From an uncultured Candidatus Saccharibacteria bacterium (GTDB lineage Bacteria > Patescibacteriota > Minisyncoccia > Phycocordibacterales > UBA5272), in NCBI GenBank assembly GCA_964457775.1, contig CAYWEW010000005.1:5398-69397 (forward strand): DNA of 64,000 nt. Direction: 5' to 3'. Numbering within the stretch: the stretch's first letter is position 1; each line of letters starts with the position of its first letter. A program made the position numbers and the translations under genes. This document shows positions 37,819 through 47,332 of the stretch, piece by piece. Under the pieces are notes generated by a model. That model saw only the letters and a program-made list of their open reading frames with translations. It made no database searches and was not told the DNA's origin.

Positions 37819-39843
37819 ATGAAAACTACCACATTACCACTTACACAAAAGGATTTCGATTGGGTGAAAATGACTCCGTCACTGATGAAAAAAACTGCTG
37901 ATGCATATTTAGAACACAAGAAAAAAACTTATAAAGAAATAAAAAATATTCTTCCAGAAAAAAGAACATTTCTAAATACTCTTTACGCACTAGAAAGATG
38001 TGATGATAAGTTCGAATCATTTTTCAGTAAAATGGGACTTCTTTCAGAAGTGTCACCAAAAAAAGAAATACGTGACAAAGCACATGAGATAGCAACAGAA
38101 GTATCTCAGAAATTGGTTGATATTGAATATGACAGGGATTTGTTCATTTCACTTTGTGAATATTATGAAGGGAATTTTCCTGATGAAAAAAAGAATCTGC
38201 GAAAAGAAGACATTAAGTTACTAGAAGAAACTCTTCGTGAATATCGCCGTATGGGTTTTGATTTACCAACTAAAACTCAAAAGAAATTAAAAGATCTGAT
38301 GAAGAAGGTGTCAAAGCTATCAATTGCATTTCGTCAGAATATAAATGATTATCAGGATTATATACTTTGCACACAAGAAGAATTATCTGGTCTTTCAGAG
38401 AGATTTATTTCGACACTCCCAAAACACACTGACGGAAGATATATCGTTTCATTGCAACATCCACACATTGGTCCATTTATGGGGGAGGCGGACAACAGAG
38501 AAAAGAGAAAAGAATTGGCAGAGAAGAATTTGAAGAAAGGAGGAATTAAGAATATAAAAATAATAGAAGAAATTGTGAAGTTGCGACAAGAGATTGCAAA
38601 AATTTTGGGATACAAGCATCATGCTGATTTTAGAACTGAGAATCGTATGGCAAAGAGTGGTAAGAATGCAGAAGATTTTCAAAATTCACTTCTTAAAACT
38701 TTAGCACCACTTGCAAAGAAAGACACAGAAACATTAAGAGTTCATGCGAAAAGTTTAGGAATTAAAAAACTTGAACATTATGATGTTGGTTATGTTGCTA
38801 CACATCTCAAAAAGAAAATGTATGACCTTGATCCAGAAACTGTTAGAGCTTTTTTCCCTCTAGAGCATGTACAAAAGGAATTATTTAAGTTATGTGAGAA
38901 TTTATTTGCAATTTCAATAAAAGAAATTCCATCCAAATTATGGCATAAGGATGTAAAGATGTATCAAGTAAATGATAAGGGTGATAACAAGGGTGCTCTT
39001 ATTGGATATTTTGTGCTAGATCTTTTCCCTCGTGAAGGAAAGTTTGGTCATGCTTGTATGGTGGATGTTGTAGTACCACATGAACAAGGGTATAAAACAG
39101 AAGAGTATGTTGCCCCACTTTCAACGATGATTTGTAATTTTCCAACACCAAATAAACAAAAAGGGAAATTGTTACCTTCACTTTTATCTATCAGTGAAGT
39201 AGAAACGTTGTTCCATGAGTTTGGTCATCTTCTTCATATGACATTATCTCGTGCACGTTTGGAATCACAAGCAGGTGCAAGTGTTGCGTGGGACTTTGTA
39301 GAAACACCATCACAAATCATGGAGAATTGGGTTTGGAATGAAGAAGTTATGAGTAAATTATCTAAGCATTATCAAACTGGTAAAAGAATGCCAAATGCAA
39401 TGATAGAAAGAATTATAAAAGGAAAGACATTTCAAAATGCATACTTCTATACAAGACAATTAGTACAAGGAAAATTAGATTTAGATTTACATACCGGCAA
39501 AGTTAAAGATGCTCGATTGGCATATCGTAAGATGAATAAATTATATTTCAACATTGAACTTCCAGAAAAGGAAACATTATTCCCAGCAGGATTCGGTCAT
39601 CTTGTTGGATATGATGCAGGATATTATTCTTATCTTTGGGCATTAGTATATGCATGTGACGCATTTGAAAGTTTTAAAACAAAAGGGAATAAAAATGTAA
39701 TGACAAATAAAGAAGTTGGAATGAGGTGGAGAAAAGAAGTACTTGAAAAGGGAAGTAGTGAAGACGAAATGAAACTTATTAAAAATTTCTTAGGACGGGC
39801 ACCGAGTCAGAAGGCGTTTTTGAAGGAGGTGATAGGGAAATAG
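37819..39843 (+). CDS. M3-family oligopeptidase (thimet/oligopeptidase A-like)
   Basis: Zinc site FHEFGHLLHM (HExxH) in a roughly 670-aa M3 fold. Confidence 0.85.
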   Translation: MKTTTLPLTQKDFDWVKMTPSLMKKTADAYLEHKKKTYKEIKNILPEKRTFLNTLYALERCDDKFESFFSKMGLLSEVSPKKEIRDKAHEIATEVSQKLVDIEYDRDLFISLCEYYEGNFPDEKKNLRKEDIKLLEETLREYRRMGFDLPTKTQKKLKDLMKKVSKLSIAFRQNINDYQDYILCTQEELSGLSERFISTLPKHTDGRYIVSLQHPHIGPFMGEADNREKRKELAEKNLKKGGIKNIKIIEEIVKLRQEIAKILGYKHHADFRTENRMAKSGKNAEDFQNSLLKTLAPLAKKDTETLRVHAKSLGIKKLEHYDVGYVATHLKKKMYDLDPETVRAFFPLEHVQKELFKLCENLFAISIKEIPSKLWHKDVKMYQVNDKGDNKGALIGYFVLDLFPREGKFGHACMVDVVVPHEQGYKTEEYVAPLSTMICNFPTPNKQKGKLLPSLLSISEVETLFHEFGHLLHMTLSRARLESQAGASVAWDFVETPSQIMENWVWNEEVMSKLSKHYQTGKRMPNAMIERIIKGKTFQNAYFYTRQLVQGKLDLDLHTGKVKDARLAYRKMNKLYFNIELPEKETLFPAGFGHLVGYDAGYYSYLWALVYACDAFESFKTKGNKNVMTNKEVGMRWRKEVLEKGSSEDEMKLIKNFLGRAPSQKAFLKEVIGK

Positions 39844-39887
39844 AAATCACATGTACTAGACATGTGATCTTGAGAAGTATCTGTTTG

Positions 39888-40100
39888 TTATTGTTTTTTT
39901 GGGAACAAGTGGGGGAATTTTCGTAAGGCTTGCATTACTTTGTGAACAGTTGGTGTATCGTACACGCTCACTTCATTTGAATGTTGTGCAATATGACGAA
40001 GTTCTTTAGTACTCGGTTTTCTTACAGAAAGATCATAGATGCTAGTCATGGCAATTCTCCTTAGTTTGTCTATATAGAGAATATATAAAAGTTGAGCCAA
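39888..40100 (-). CDS. Hypothetical small protein
   Basis: ORF only. Confidence 0.3.
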   Translation of the reverse strand: MAQLLYILYIDKLRRIAMTSIYDLSVRKPSTKELRHIAQHSNEVSVYDTPTVHKVMQALRKFPHLFPKKQ

Positions 40101-40168
40101 AGTAAAGTTTTGTAATTTAATTTGATAGTGGTAGGATACCCTTACTGAACGTTCTTTGGTATATTATT

Positions 40169-40339
40169 ATGAATGATGATTTTCTATATATGATTATCGT
40201 TGCAAATTTCTTTTCCTTTGTTCTAGTTTTAATTACTTCAGGTAGCATAAGGAAGTTCTTTGCAAAAGTCTTTGGCTTCATTTTTCTTGTTTTCATTGTA
40301 ACTATTTTAATTGCAGTAAGTAGTGGTCAACTGAAATAA
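40169..40339 (+). CDS. Small (56 aa) membrane protein, not in ORF track
   Basis: MNDDFLYMIIVANFFSFVLVLITSGSIRKFFAKVFGFIFLVFIVTILIAVSSGQLK; -10-like TGGTATATT immediately upstream. Confidence 0.35.
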   Translation: MNDDFLYMIIVANFFSFVLVLITSGSIRKFFAKVFGFIFLVFIVTILIAVSSGQLK

Positions 40340-40369
40340 ACCAAAATTTTATTAAAAAGGAGACTGAAA

Positions 40370-40573
40370 GTGCCAAAAAAAGAATTTGATGGTGTGAGAA
40401 AATCTAGAGAAGAGATGGCAAGATTAAATCAAGATAATTCTGCGAAAAGAGTTACTGAACTTAGAAATCAAATAGCAGAGTTACGGAAAAGTTCAATGAT
40501 TGATAGGTACACTGCACTTCAGAATATTTTGAAGTCAAAGATTGCTGAATTCGAAAGAATTACAGGACAATAA
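40370..40573 (+). CDS. Small coiled-coil protein (GTG start)
   Basis: RBS AAAGGAG 7 nt before GTG. Charged, helical 67-aa product. Confidence 0.4.
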   Translation: MPKKEFDGVRKSREEMARLNQDNSAKRVTELRNQIAELRKSSMIDRYTALQNILKSKIAEFERITGQ

Positions 40574-41043
40574 GTCCCACTTCAATAATGTCTTATCCCT
40601 AAAACGCATATTAATACTTATGTTTGAACATAGGTCACAATGTGCGTTTTTTGTTTTATAAATATTTTTGTGTACAATCAACTGTCCAAAGTTCTACAAA
40701 AAGGTATACTTAATTGCATATGAATACAAAGAAAGATTCTTTTAATAAAGCTTCAGTACTAGTTGCTTTAACATTTGTATTAGGAACAATAACATATGCG
40801 TGGACTGGGGCTCCAGAAGGAACACCACCAGCAAATAACGTAGATGCACCAGTGAACGTAGGTGTTGTAACTCAACTTAAATCAGGGGCTCTTGGTATTG
40901 ATGGATTATTTAGGTCATATGGCAGTGCTATTTTTGATGGAGGTGTTAAGATTTCTACTGATTCAGGTCTAGGTAAAATTCTAACAAGCGATGCAGCAGG
41001 TAATGCTTCTTGGACATCAACTTCTTCTTTGGGGATTAGTGGA
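40565..41043 (+). repeat. Tandem duplication unit 1 (promoter plus 5' coding cassette)
   Basis: About 99% identical to 41415..41893 (period 850 bp). Identity decays over about 30 nt, then the 3' parts are unrelated. Confidence 0.85.
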
Positions 41044-41376
41044 GGAAACGGTGGAGTTTCATCATTTGTAGAAGATTCTTACTCTGATCAAACAACAACA
41101 CGTTTGATTGGTTCCACATACACAAACACATTATTAACACCAAGATTTGTTATAGTCACCGCAAATACAATTCCAGGATCTGTTGTTCGAGCAGCTATAT
41201 TTGTTTATGTGAACAATGTTCGAATACAAGTAACACAAGTTACAGATGCGAATTACAACCAAGGGTGGTTACCATCTACGAATTCTGCTTCATTTATAGT
41301 TCCTCCAGGTGCAACGTATCGAGTCGACAGGTCTGTTAGCAATGTGCGTATAGTTTCATGGTATGAATTAAATTAA
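40714..41376 (+). CDS. Secreted/surface protein, paralog B of the variable family
   Basis: Signal anchor plus the conserved module (AWTGAPEGTPPANNVDAPVNVG...GNASW), then a unique C-terminus. Confidence 0.6.
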   Translation: MHMNTKKDSFNKASVLVALTFVLGTITYAWTGAPEGTPPANNVDAPVNVGVVTQLKSGALGIDGLFRSYGSAIFDGGVKISTDSGLGKILTSDAAGNASWTSTSSLGISGGNGGVSSFVEDSYSDQTTTRLIGSTYTNTLLTPRFVIVTANTIPGSVVRAAIFVYVNNVRIQVTQVTDANYNQGWLPSTNSASFIVPPGATYRVDRSVSNVRIVSWYELN

Positions 41377-41414
41377 TATTTAAAACATTAGTAATTTTTC
41401 CTAATCAAGTTGTA

Positions 41415-41893
41415 GGACAATAATCCCCACTTCAATAATGTCTTATCCCTAAAACGCATATTAATACTTATGTTTGAACATAGGTCACAATGTGCGTTTT
41501 TTGTTTTATAAATATTTTTGTGTACAATCAACTGTCCAAAGTTCTACAAAAAGGTATACTTAATTGCATATGAATACAAAGAAAGATTCTTTTAATAAAG
41601 CTTCAGTACTAGTTGCTTTAACATTTGTATTAGGAACAATAACATATGCGTGGACTGGGGCTCCAGAAGGAACACCACCAGCAAATAACGTAGATGCACC
41701 AGTGAACGTAGGTGTTGTAACTCAACTTAAATCAGGGGCTCTTGGTATTGATGGATTATTTAGGTCATATGGCAGTGCTATTTTTGATGGAGGTGTTAAG
41801 ATTTCTACTGGTTCAGGTCTAGGTAAAATTCTAACAAGCGATGCAGCAGGTAATGCTTCTTGGACGTCCACTTCTTCACTGGGTATTAGTGGA
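41415..41893 (+). repeat. Tandem duplication unit 2
   Basis: See unit 1. Confidence 0.85.
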
Positions 41894-42343
41894 GTTGGTG
41901 ACGTCACATCAATTACGGGTGGCGCCTGTGCGGTTGGGCAAGTAGTTCAGTCAATTAGTGCAACAGGGACTGTAACTTGTGGTGTTGATGCTGGAGGGGG
42001 TACAGGGTTTTCTGGAATACTGAGACCGCTTGAGGGAAAGGAGATAACTTGTAACATAACGCAGGGTGGCGCTGTAGCTGGAAGGGGATATGGGAAAGTT
42101 GAGGGAGGTGTATTTAAAGCGAGAGTTGTATGGGCTAGTATTGCGTATAGACCATATGATTCTGGATGGAAATCTGGTAATTCTATGGGTGTACAAGCAA
42201 ATTTAGTTAGCGCAACATACGGACATGTAAATGTTGGATTAAGTGGAGCAACTTGTACAGGATACACATCTAGTGGCGGGGGTGACAATGCTTCACTTGA
42301 TCAAATCCCAGAGTCAACATCTGTTCCTTGGCCAAATTTTTAA
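41564..42343 (+). CDS. Secreted/surface protein, paralog C of the variable family
   Basis: First about 110 aa essentially identical to paralog B. The C-terminus is Gly/Cys-containing and unique. Confidence 0.6.
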   Translation: MHMNTKKDSFNKASVLVALTFVLGTITYAWTGAPEGTPPANNVDAPVNVGVVTQLKSGALGIDGLFRSYGSAIFDGGVKISTGSGLGKILTSDAAGNASWTSTSSLGISGVGDVTSITGGACAVGQVVQSISATGTVTCGVDAGGGTGFSGILRPLEGKEITCNITQGGAVAGRGYGKVEGGVFKARVVWASIAYRPYDSGWKSGNSMGVQANLVSATYGHVNVGLSGATCTGYTSSGGGDNASLDQIPESTSVPWPNF

Positions 42344-42655
42344 TTATAACTATTTATTTCTAAATTTGATTATCTTTATTAATCCGTAGTTCAACAATAA
42401 AGTAAAGCTATAAAAATTAACGTAGTTGACTCATTGGCATTTTTTGTGCTGTTGTGATATACTTTATTAACTTTAGACATGCGTCTGGTCCCCTTATTTT
42501 TAGGGAAAAACGGCGCTCGTTTTATTAACGACGTAGAGTGAGAGAAGTGGAAAAGTAATCTTTTACATTTCCGAGCCGAGGAGTTGAAAAGGATCAAATG
42601 CCTCAAAGGTTATAATTGGGATCCTTTATTTTTATAGATTTATTATATACATATT

Positions 42656-44443
42656 ATGCAACAGGAAATTCGTAACATCGCCATTATCGCTCACGTAGAC
42701 CATGGTAAGACAACCCTCACAGACGCACTCATGCAACAGTGTGGTGTTGGTGTTGAAGGTCAAACAATGGACTCAAATCCAATGGAAAAAGAGCGTGGAA
42801 TTACAATTACAGCGAAGAATACTTCCGTTCCATATAAAGGTGTAAAAATAAATATTCTAGATACTCCAGGTCACGCTGACTTCGGTTCTGAAGTAGAACG
42901 CGTTTTGCGTGCTATTGATTGTGTGTTACTTGTTGTTGATGCACAAGAAGGTCCAATGCCTCAAACACGTTTCGTACTTAAGAAATCCCTTGAACTTGGC
43001 ATTAAGCCAATCGTCGTTATTAACAAAATTGATAAGCCAGCAGCAGATCCAAAGAAGGTTCACGATGAAGTGTTCGAATTATTCATGGAACTTGGTGCGA
43101 ATGATGAACAACTCGACTTCACTACAGTTTATGCTATTGGACGACAGGGTGTTGCGATGAAAAACTTGGAAGACGAGAAAAAAGATTTAACTCCACTTCT
43201 TGAAGTTATTTTGGAAAAGGTACCAAAGGCAACAGGGGATATAAATAACCCATTTAAGGCGCAAGTATTCAATCTCGCATATGATAATTTCCTTGGACGT
43301 ATGGCTGTTGCTCGTGTATATGACGGAGTCGCAAAAGTTGGTGAAGAAATAATTGTGAAGAAGGCAACTGGTGAAACAAGAAAGGGGAGAATCACTAAGA
43401 TGTTCACATTTAACGGCATCGCAAGAAATGATGCTCAAACTGCCGAAGCGGGAGATATCGTTATGATTGCAGGATTCTCAGATATTTTCATTGGTGAAAC
43501 ATTTATGAAAAATGAAAGTCAAGAACCATTGCCTGCTATTCATATCGATGAACCAACAATCGCTCTTAATTTCCTTGTTAACGATTCACCATTTGCTGGT
43601 AAAGAAGGAAAGTTCGTAACTGGTCGTCAGATTCGTGATCGTCTAGAAAAGGAACTTGAAATAAATGTAGGTCTACGTGTTGATTTTGATACAGAAAAAT
43701 ATTTAGTATATGGTCGTGGAGAATTACACATCGGCGTACTTCTAGAAACAATGCGTCGCGAAGGGTATGAACTTCAGGTGTCACAACCACAAGTTATTTT
43801 CCATGAAAAAGATGGAGTGAAAGAAGAACCATACGAAGAACTTGTTATTGATGTTCCAGTAGAATCTTCCGGTGTAGTGATGGAAAAGCTTGGACGTCGT
43901 AAAGCGATGATTACCGATATGAGTGAGAAGCATGGAGTGAATCGTATTAAGGCAGAGATTCCTACTCGTGGTCTTCTTGGATATCGTGGAGAATTCGTGA
44001 TTGATACTAAAGGTCTTGGTATTTTATCTGCTCGTTATCTTAAGTTCGGTCCATACGCTGGTGAAATTACTCGTCGTTTAGTTGGCTCTATGACTTCAAT
44101 GGCAACAGGAAAGTCTCTTGCATTCTCACTTTGGAATCTTCAAGATAGAGGTGTTATTTATATTCTTCCTACAACAGAAGTTTATGAAGGTATGGTTATT
44201 GGTAATACATCAAAAGGTGAAGAAATGATGGTTAACCCAACTAAAGGAAAGCAACTTTCTAACATGCGTTCATCCGGTGCGGATGAAGCAATCGTACTTG
44301 TTCCTGCATGGGAAATTAGTATTGAACGCGGACTTGAAATCATGAATGCGGATGAGTATCTAGAGGTTACACCTAAGTCAGTGCGTCTACGAAAGCAGTT
44401 GTTAACTGAGAGTGAGAGAGCGAGGTCAGGTAGAAAGTCATAA
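42656..44443 (+). CDS. typA: Translational GTPase TypA/BipA
   Basis: IRNIAIIAHVDHGKTTL, DTPGHADF, NKIDK; EF-G-like domains; length 595 aa. Confidence 0.9.
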   Translation: MQQEIRNIAIIAHVDHGKTTLTDALMQQCGVGVEGQTMDSNPMEKERGITITAKNTSVPYKGVKINILDTPGHADFGSEVERVLRAIDCVLLVVDAQEGPMPQTRFVLKKSLELGIKPIVVINKIDKPAADPKKVHDEVFELFMELGANDEQLDFTTVYAIGRQGVAMKNLEDEKKDLTPLLEVILEKVPKATGDINNPFKAQVFNLAYDNFLGRMAVARVYDGVAKVGEEIIVKKATGETRKGRITKMFTFNGIARNDAQTAEAGDIVMIAGFSDIFIGETFMKNESQEPLPAIHIDEPTIALNFLVNDSPFAGKEGKFVTGRQIRDRLEKELEINVGLRVDFDTEKYLVYGRGELHIGVLLETMRREGYELQVSQPQVIFHEKDGVKEEPYEELVIDVPVESSGVVMEKLGRRKAMITDMSEKHGVNRIKAEIPTRGLLGYRGEFVIDTKGLGILSARYLKFGPYAGEITRRLVGSMTSMATGKSLAFSLWNLQDRGVIYILPTTEVYEGMVIGNTSKGEEMMVNPTKGKQLSNMRSSGADEAIVLVPAWEISIERGLEIMNADEYLEVTPKSVRLRKQLLTESERARSGRKS

Positions 44444-44581
44444 ATTATCCATTTACGTTGTTCGAGCAGTTTGACTGCGAAGATGTCCGAAACTACCAAG
44501 TGTAGGACATGAATCGATTAACTGGAGCAATTTCTGACTTTCGGGCTCATACATACAGTTACATACGAATACAATTCGATT

Positions 44582-45112
44582 ATGAAAAAAAATAAATACA
44601 ATCAAAAACTGAAAGCAAAAGTTCTTGAAGCAAAAAATAATAAATTTTTTTCTGCAATAATTATTATACTGTTTTTCTTTGTTGGTATGTATGGTTACCG
44701 TTGTCTTTCTGAAAAGGTTTGTGAGATAGATGTTTTAGAAAGATTTGTTCGACATGATATAACTATTACTACTCCAAATGGAGCAATGACAGTGGAGGTT
44801 GCTGACACAAAAAGCTCTAGAGAGCTTGGTCTTTCTGGTCGCACTAAAATGAACGATAATGATGGTTTGCTTTTTATTTTTGATCATCCTGGACGGTATG
44901 GATTTTGGATGAAAGATATGTTATTCGCACTTGATATTATTTGGATAAATCAAAATGGCGTTATTGTTGAAATAGAAAGAAATGCAAAACCAGAAGACTA
45001 TCCAAAAACATATATTAATAAATCTGAAGCAAGTTATGTGCTTGAATTGAATGCTGGTATTGCAGAAAAGCAGGGACTTTTTATCGGCTCAAAAGTAAAG
45101 ATTATAGAATAA
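44582..45112 (+). CDS. DUF192-family protein (COG1430)
   Basis: GLSGRTKMNDNDGLLFIFDHPGRYGFWMKDMLFALDIIWIN. Confidence 0.7.
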   Translation: MKKNKYNQKLKAKVLEAKNNKFFSAIIIILFFFVGMYGYRCLSEKVCEIDVLERFVRHDITITTPNGAMTVEVADTKSSRELGLSGRTKMNDNDGLLFIFDHPGRYGFWMKDMLFALDIIWINQNGVIVEIERNAKPEDYPKTYINKSEASYVLELNAGIAEKQGLFIGSKVKIIE

Positions 45113-45250
45113 AAGTCATAAATTGCGAAGCTACTTTGTCGAAAGGCATATTTTTACAGTCGCCGTACTTACACGTACGTCTTCTGTAAAAATATGCCTT
45201 TCTTCGCGTATCTTCATCAATTTCTGACTTTTCTTACCATATCAAAGTCT
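45113..45250 (+). repeat. Intergenic repeat (family C, copy 2)
   Basis: See 27031..27190; also shares caatttctgacttt with 44521-44540. Confidence 0.45.
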
Positions 45251-45384
45251 GGTGATAATAAAGCAATAGATTCCTTTTGGTGCTGTTCACATCTTTATTT
45301 TTTTATACAAAAATTATATTAGTTCATAAAACCTTTTATTATCAATAGTTTTTATCTTAGTTCAATAAAGACTCTCAAAAAAGC

Positions 45385-45412
45385 TTGACAAAAAATATCT
45401 ACATGCTATACT
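45385..45412 (+). promoter_or_regulatory. Near-consensus sigma-70 promoter
   Basis: TTGACA (45385-45390), 16-nt spacer, TATACT (45407-45412). Confidence 0.6.
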
Positions 45413-45418
45413 ATAAGA

Positions 45419-45580
45419 GTTGAGACGAAGTGTTTACTTGAGGTGTCGGTCCGTGGGCCAAACCAAATGGTTTTCATGTAGTAATGAACTCAACCGCATC
45501 GGAATACCAGATGCGAACAGCGCTATGACCCAGATGTCTCCACGGAGGCAAAAGGCGAGCGCTTTTTATTTTGTATATTT
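45419..45580 (+). ncRNA. Candidate small RNA (about 155 nt, identity unassigned)
   Basis: Bounded by the promoter above and the hairpin aaaaggcgagcgcttttt plus T-tract. No ORF. Several internal helices (gttgag/ctcaac, gcatc/gatgc). Confidence 0.4.
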
Positions 45581-45624
45581 GAATTAAAAGAGCGACACCT
45601 TTCGGTGTCGCTCTTTTATCTTTT

Positions 45625-45960
45625 GTTCTATCTATAAGCCGAATTCTGTCCATGTGGTTACCCACATTGTGTAATCATGTATCTGGGCGATATTTTACAA
45701 TACCGCTCTAGCGACACTCTCATATTGCTATGAGCACGGTCTTGCACACACGTAAGGATTTAGCCGTTTCAATTTTATCTTTCGATAAACATATTCCCGA
45801 AGGAACCCTAGTCTTTCGACATTGGCGTCACTGCTCGCACCTCTATGATTGCTCACGACGGGTGTTACCCGCTACGATCACTAATTTAAAAGTAATGTGT
45901 TCGGACTTTCCTCTCTCGGTGGTAGTATTTCAACCACAAAGAGCGATTACCCAGTAGAAC
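45625..45960 (-). ncRNA. rnpB: RNase P RNA (bacterial type A-like, reduced)
   Basis: Minus strand reads GAGGAAAGTCCGAACAC (P4), GGGTAACACCCG, GGTGCGAGCAGTGACGCC and 3' ACAGAATTCGGCTTATAG (E. coli-like ACAGAACCCGGCTTATCG). P1 is GTTCTAC/ATAGAAC. A terminator hairpin 45587-45620 lies downstream. Confidence 0.75.
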
Positions 45961-46053
45961 AAAAAAATAATACAACATATTTTACAAAAAAGCAAGTATA
46001 GATACAATTCCACGTGCTTTTATCTGCATTTTTTGTTAGTATGGAGGGATATT

Positions 46054-47328
46054 ATGATTATTAAGAATTCTTTGCTTTTGGCTATTTTCAGTATTCTTTC
46101 AGTACTTTTGGGTATTGTTCGAGATAGATTACTTGCAACTAATGTTGGAGTTGGTCCGGTGCTAGATATTTATAACGCCGCATTTCGTCTACCTGATTTT
46201 CTATATGCGATGTCACTTGCCTTTGTTACGGCAGGGACAGTCGTACCATTTTTAACAGTAGAAAATAAAAATGGTGTAATAATTGATTCTCGTCACAAGC
46301 TGTCATCCATCTCACTTTTCTTCGCAGGTATGTCTTCACTCGCAGGACTTTTAATTGTAATAACAATACCAATGTATGCGCATATGATAGTGCCAGGATT
46401 TAATGAAGAGCAGTTAGCTATTTTTATTAGTGTTACAAGAATACTTATGATTCAGCCGATACTTATAGGTATAACATCATTAATATCCTGCTTCGCTCAA
46501 TTAAAAAATCATTTTGTTTTATATGGTATTGCACCACTTGGTTATTCTCTTGGTATTATTTTTGGAATACTGGCACTATTTCCTGTATATGGTGTACATG
46601 GATTAATTTACGGTGTGATTATAGGGGCGATTTTATCTCTAGGTATTCAGTCTTATTCATTAAGAGGGGCAAAAATGTTAGAAGTGCTCCCATATTTTTC
46701 TTTCAAACATATTAGAGAAATTTTCAAATTATCCTTTCCACGCACGGGAGTGAATATTCTTACCCAATCTCGAAATATATTTTTTACCGCATTCGCGACC
46801 ACACTCGGCCCAGGTGCGCTATCTAGTTTTTTGTTTGCACAAAGAATTACTGATGCCGTCCAACAAATTATTCAACAAAGTGTAACAACAGCTTCTCTAC
46901 CAGTTCTTTCAAAAGAATTTGTTGAGAATAGATTCAAGGAGTATAAAAAAGTAGTGAAGCGATATGTTCTTATTCTTGGAGCAATTGGATTTTTTGTCTC
47001 AGCGACAATTTATTTTTTGAAAGATATTATCATTAATCTTTTGTATGGAAACACTGACGCTCACTCACTTATCTCTTTCTTTTTAACTGGATTCTTAATT
47101 TCTCTTCCACTTCAAATGATGATAGGATATTTTACAATTAGTCTTTATTCAGCAAAAGACACAAAGAGTGTTTTTTATTCTAATTTTATTTCAACGTTAT
47201 TTGCAGTAGGGACATGTTATTCAACTTCGTATTTAGGTTATATAAGTCTTGTATACGGTGTTGTTGCAATGGCAATTGTTAATTTCTTTTTTATTTTTAT
47301 TTTTTATAGTAAGAAAAAATTAATGTAA
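46054..47328 (+). CDS. murJ: Lipid II flippase MurJ (MviN) family, short form
   Basis: LLGIVRDRLLATNVGVGPVLDIYNAAFRLPDFLY matches the MurJ N-terminal signature; 12 or more TM segments. The track TTG start at 46033 is replaced by ATG 46054, which has a GGAGGG RBS. Confidence 0.7.
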   Translation: MIIKNSLLLAIFSILSVLLGIVRDRLLATNVGVGPVLDIYNAAFRLPDFLYAMSLAFVTAGTVVPFLTVENKNGVIIDSRHKLSSISLFFAGMSSLAGLLIVITIPMYAHMIVPGFNEEQLAIFISVTRILMIQPILIGITSLISCFAQLKNHFVLYGIAPLGYSLGIIFGILALFPVYGVHGLIYGVIIGAILSLGIQSYSLRGAKMLEVLPYFSFKHIREIFKLSFPRTGVNILTQSRNIFFTAFATTLGPGALSSFLFAQRITDAVQQIIQQSVTTASLPVLSKEFVENRFKEYKKVVKRYVLILGAIGFFVSATIYFLKDIIINLLYGNTDAHSLISFFLTGFLISLPLQMMIGYFTISLYSAKDTKSVFYSNFISTLFAVGTCYSTSYLGYISLVYGVVAMAIVNFFFIFIFYSKKKLM

Positions 47329-47332
47329 TTAT

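Noticed and set aside
40565-42343. Diversity-generating retroelement (DGR) as explanation for the variable C-termini
   Set aside because: No reverse transcriptase, no template repeat with adenine-specific mismatches. Divergence is wholesale (unrelated sequence), not A-to-N substitutions.
45419-45580. SRP (4.5S) RNA identity for the promoter-driven sRNA
   Set aside because: Lacks the conserved domain IV GGAA tetraloop / AGCAGC asymmetric-loop signature. Left as unassigned.
45474-45957. ORFs 45474..45665 (-) and 45730..45957 (+)
   Set aside because: The region encodes RNase P RNA (conserved P4 and other boxes) and a promoter/terminator-bounded sRNA candidate.
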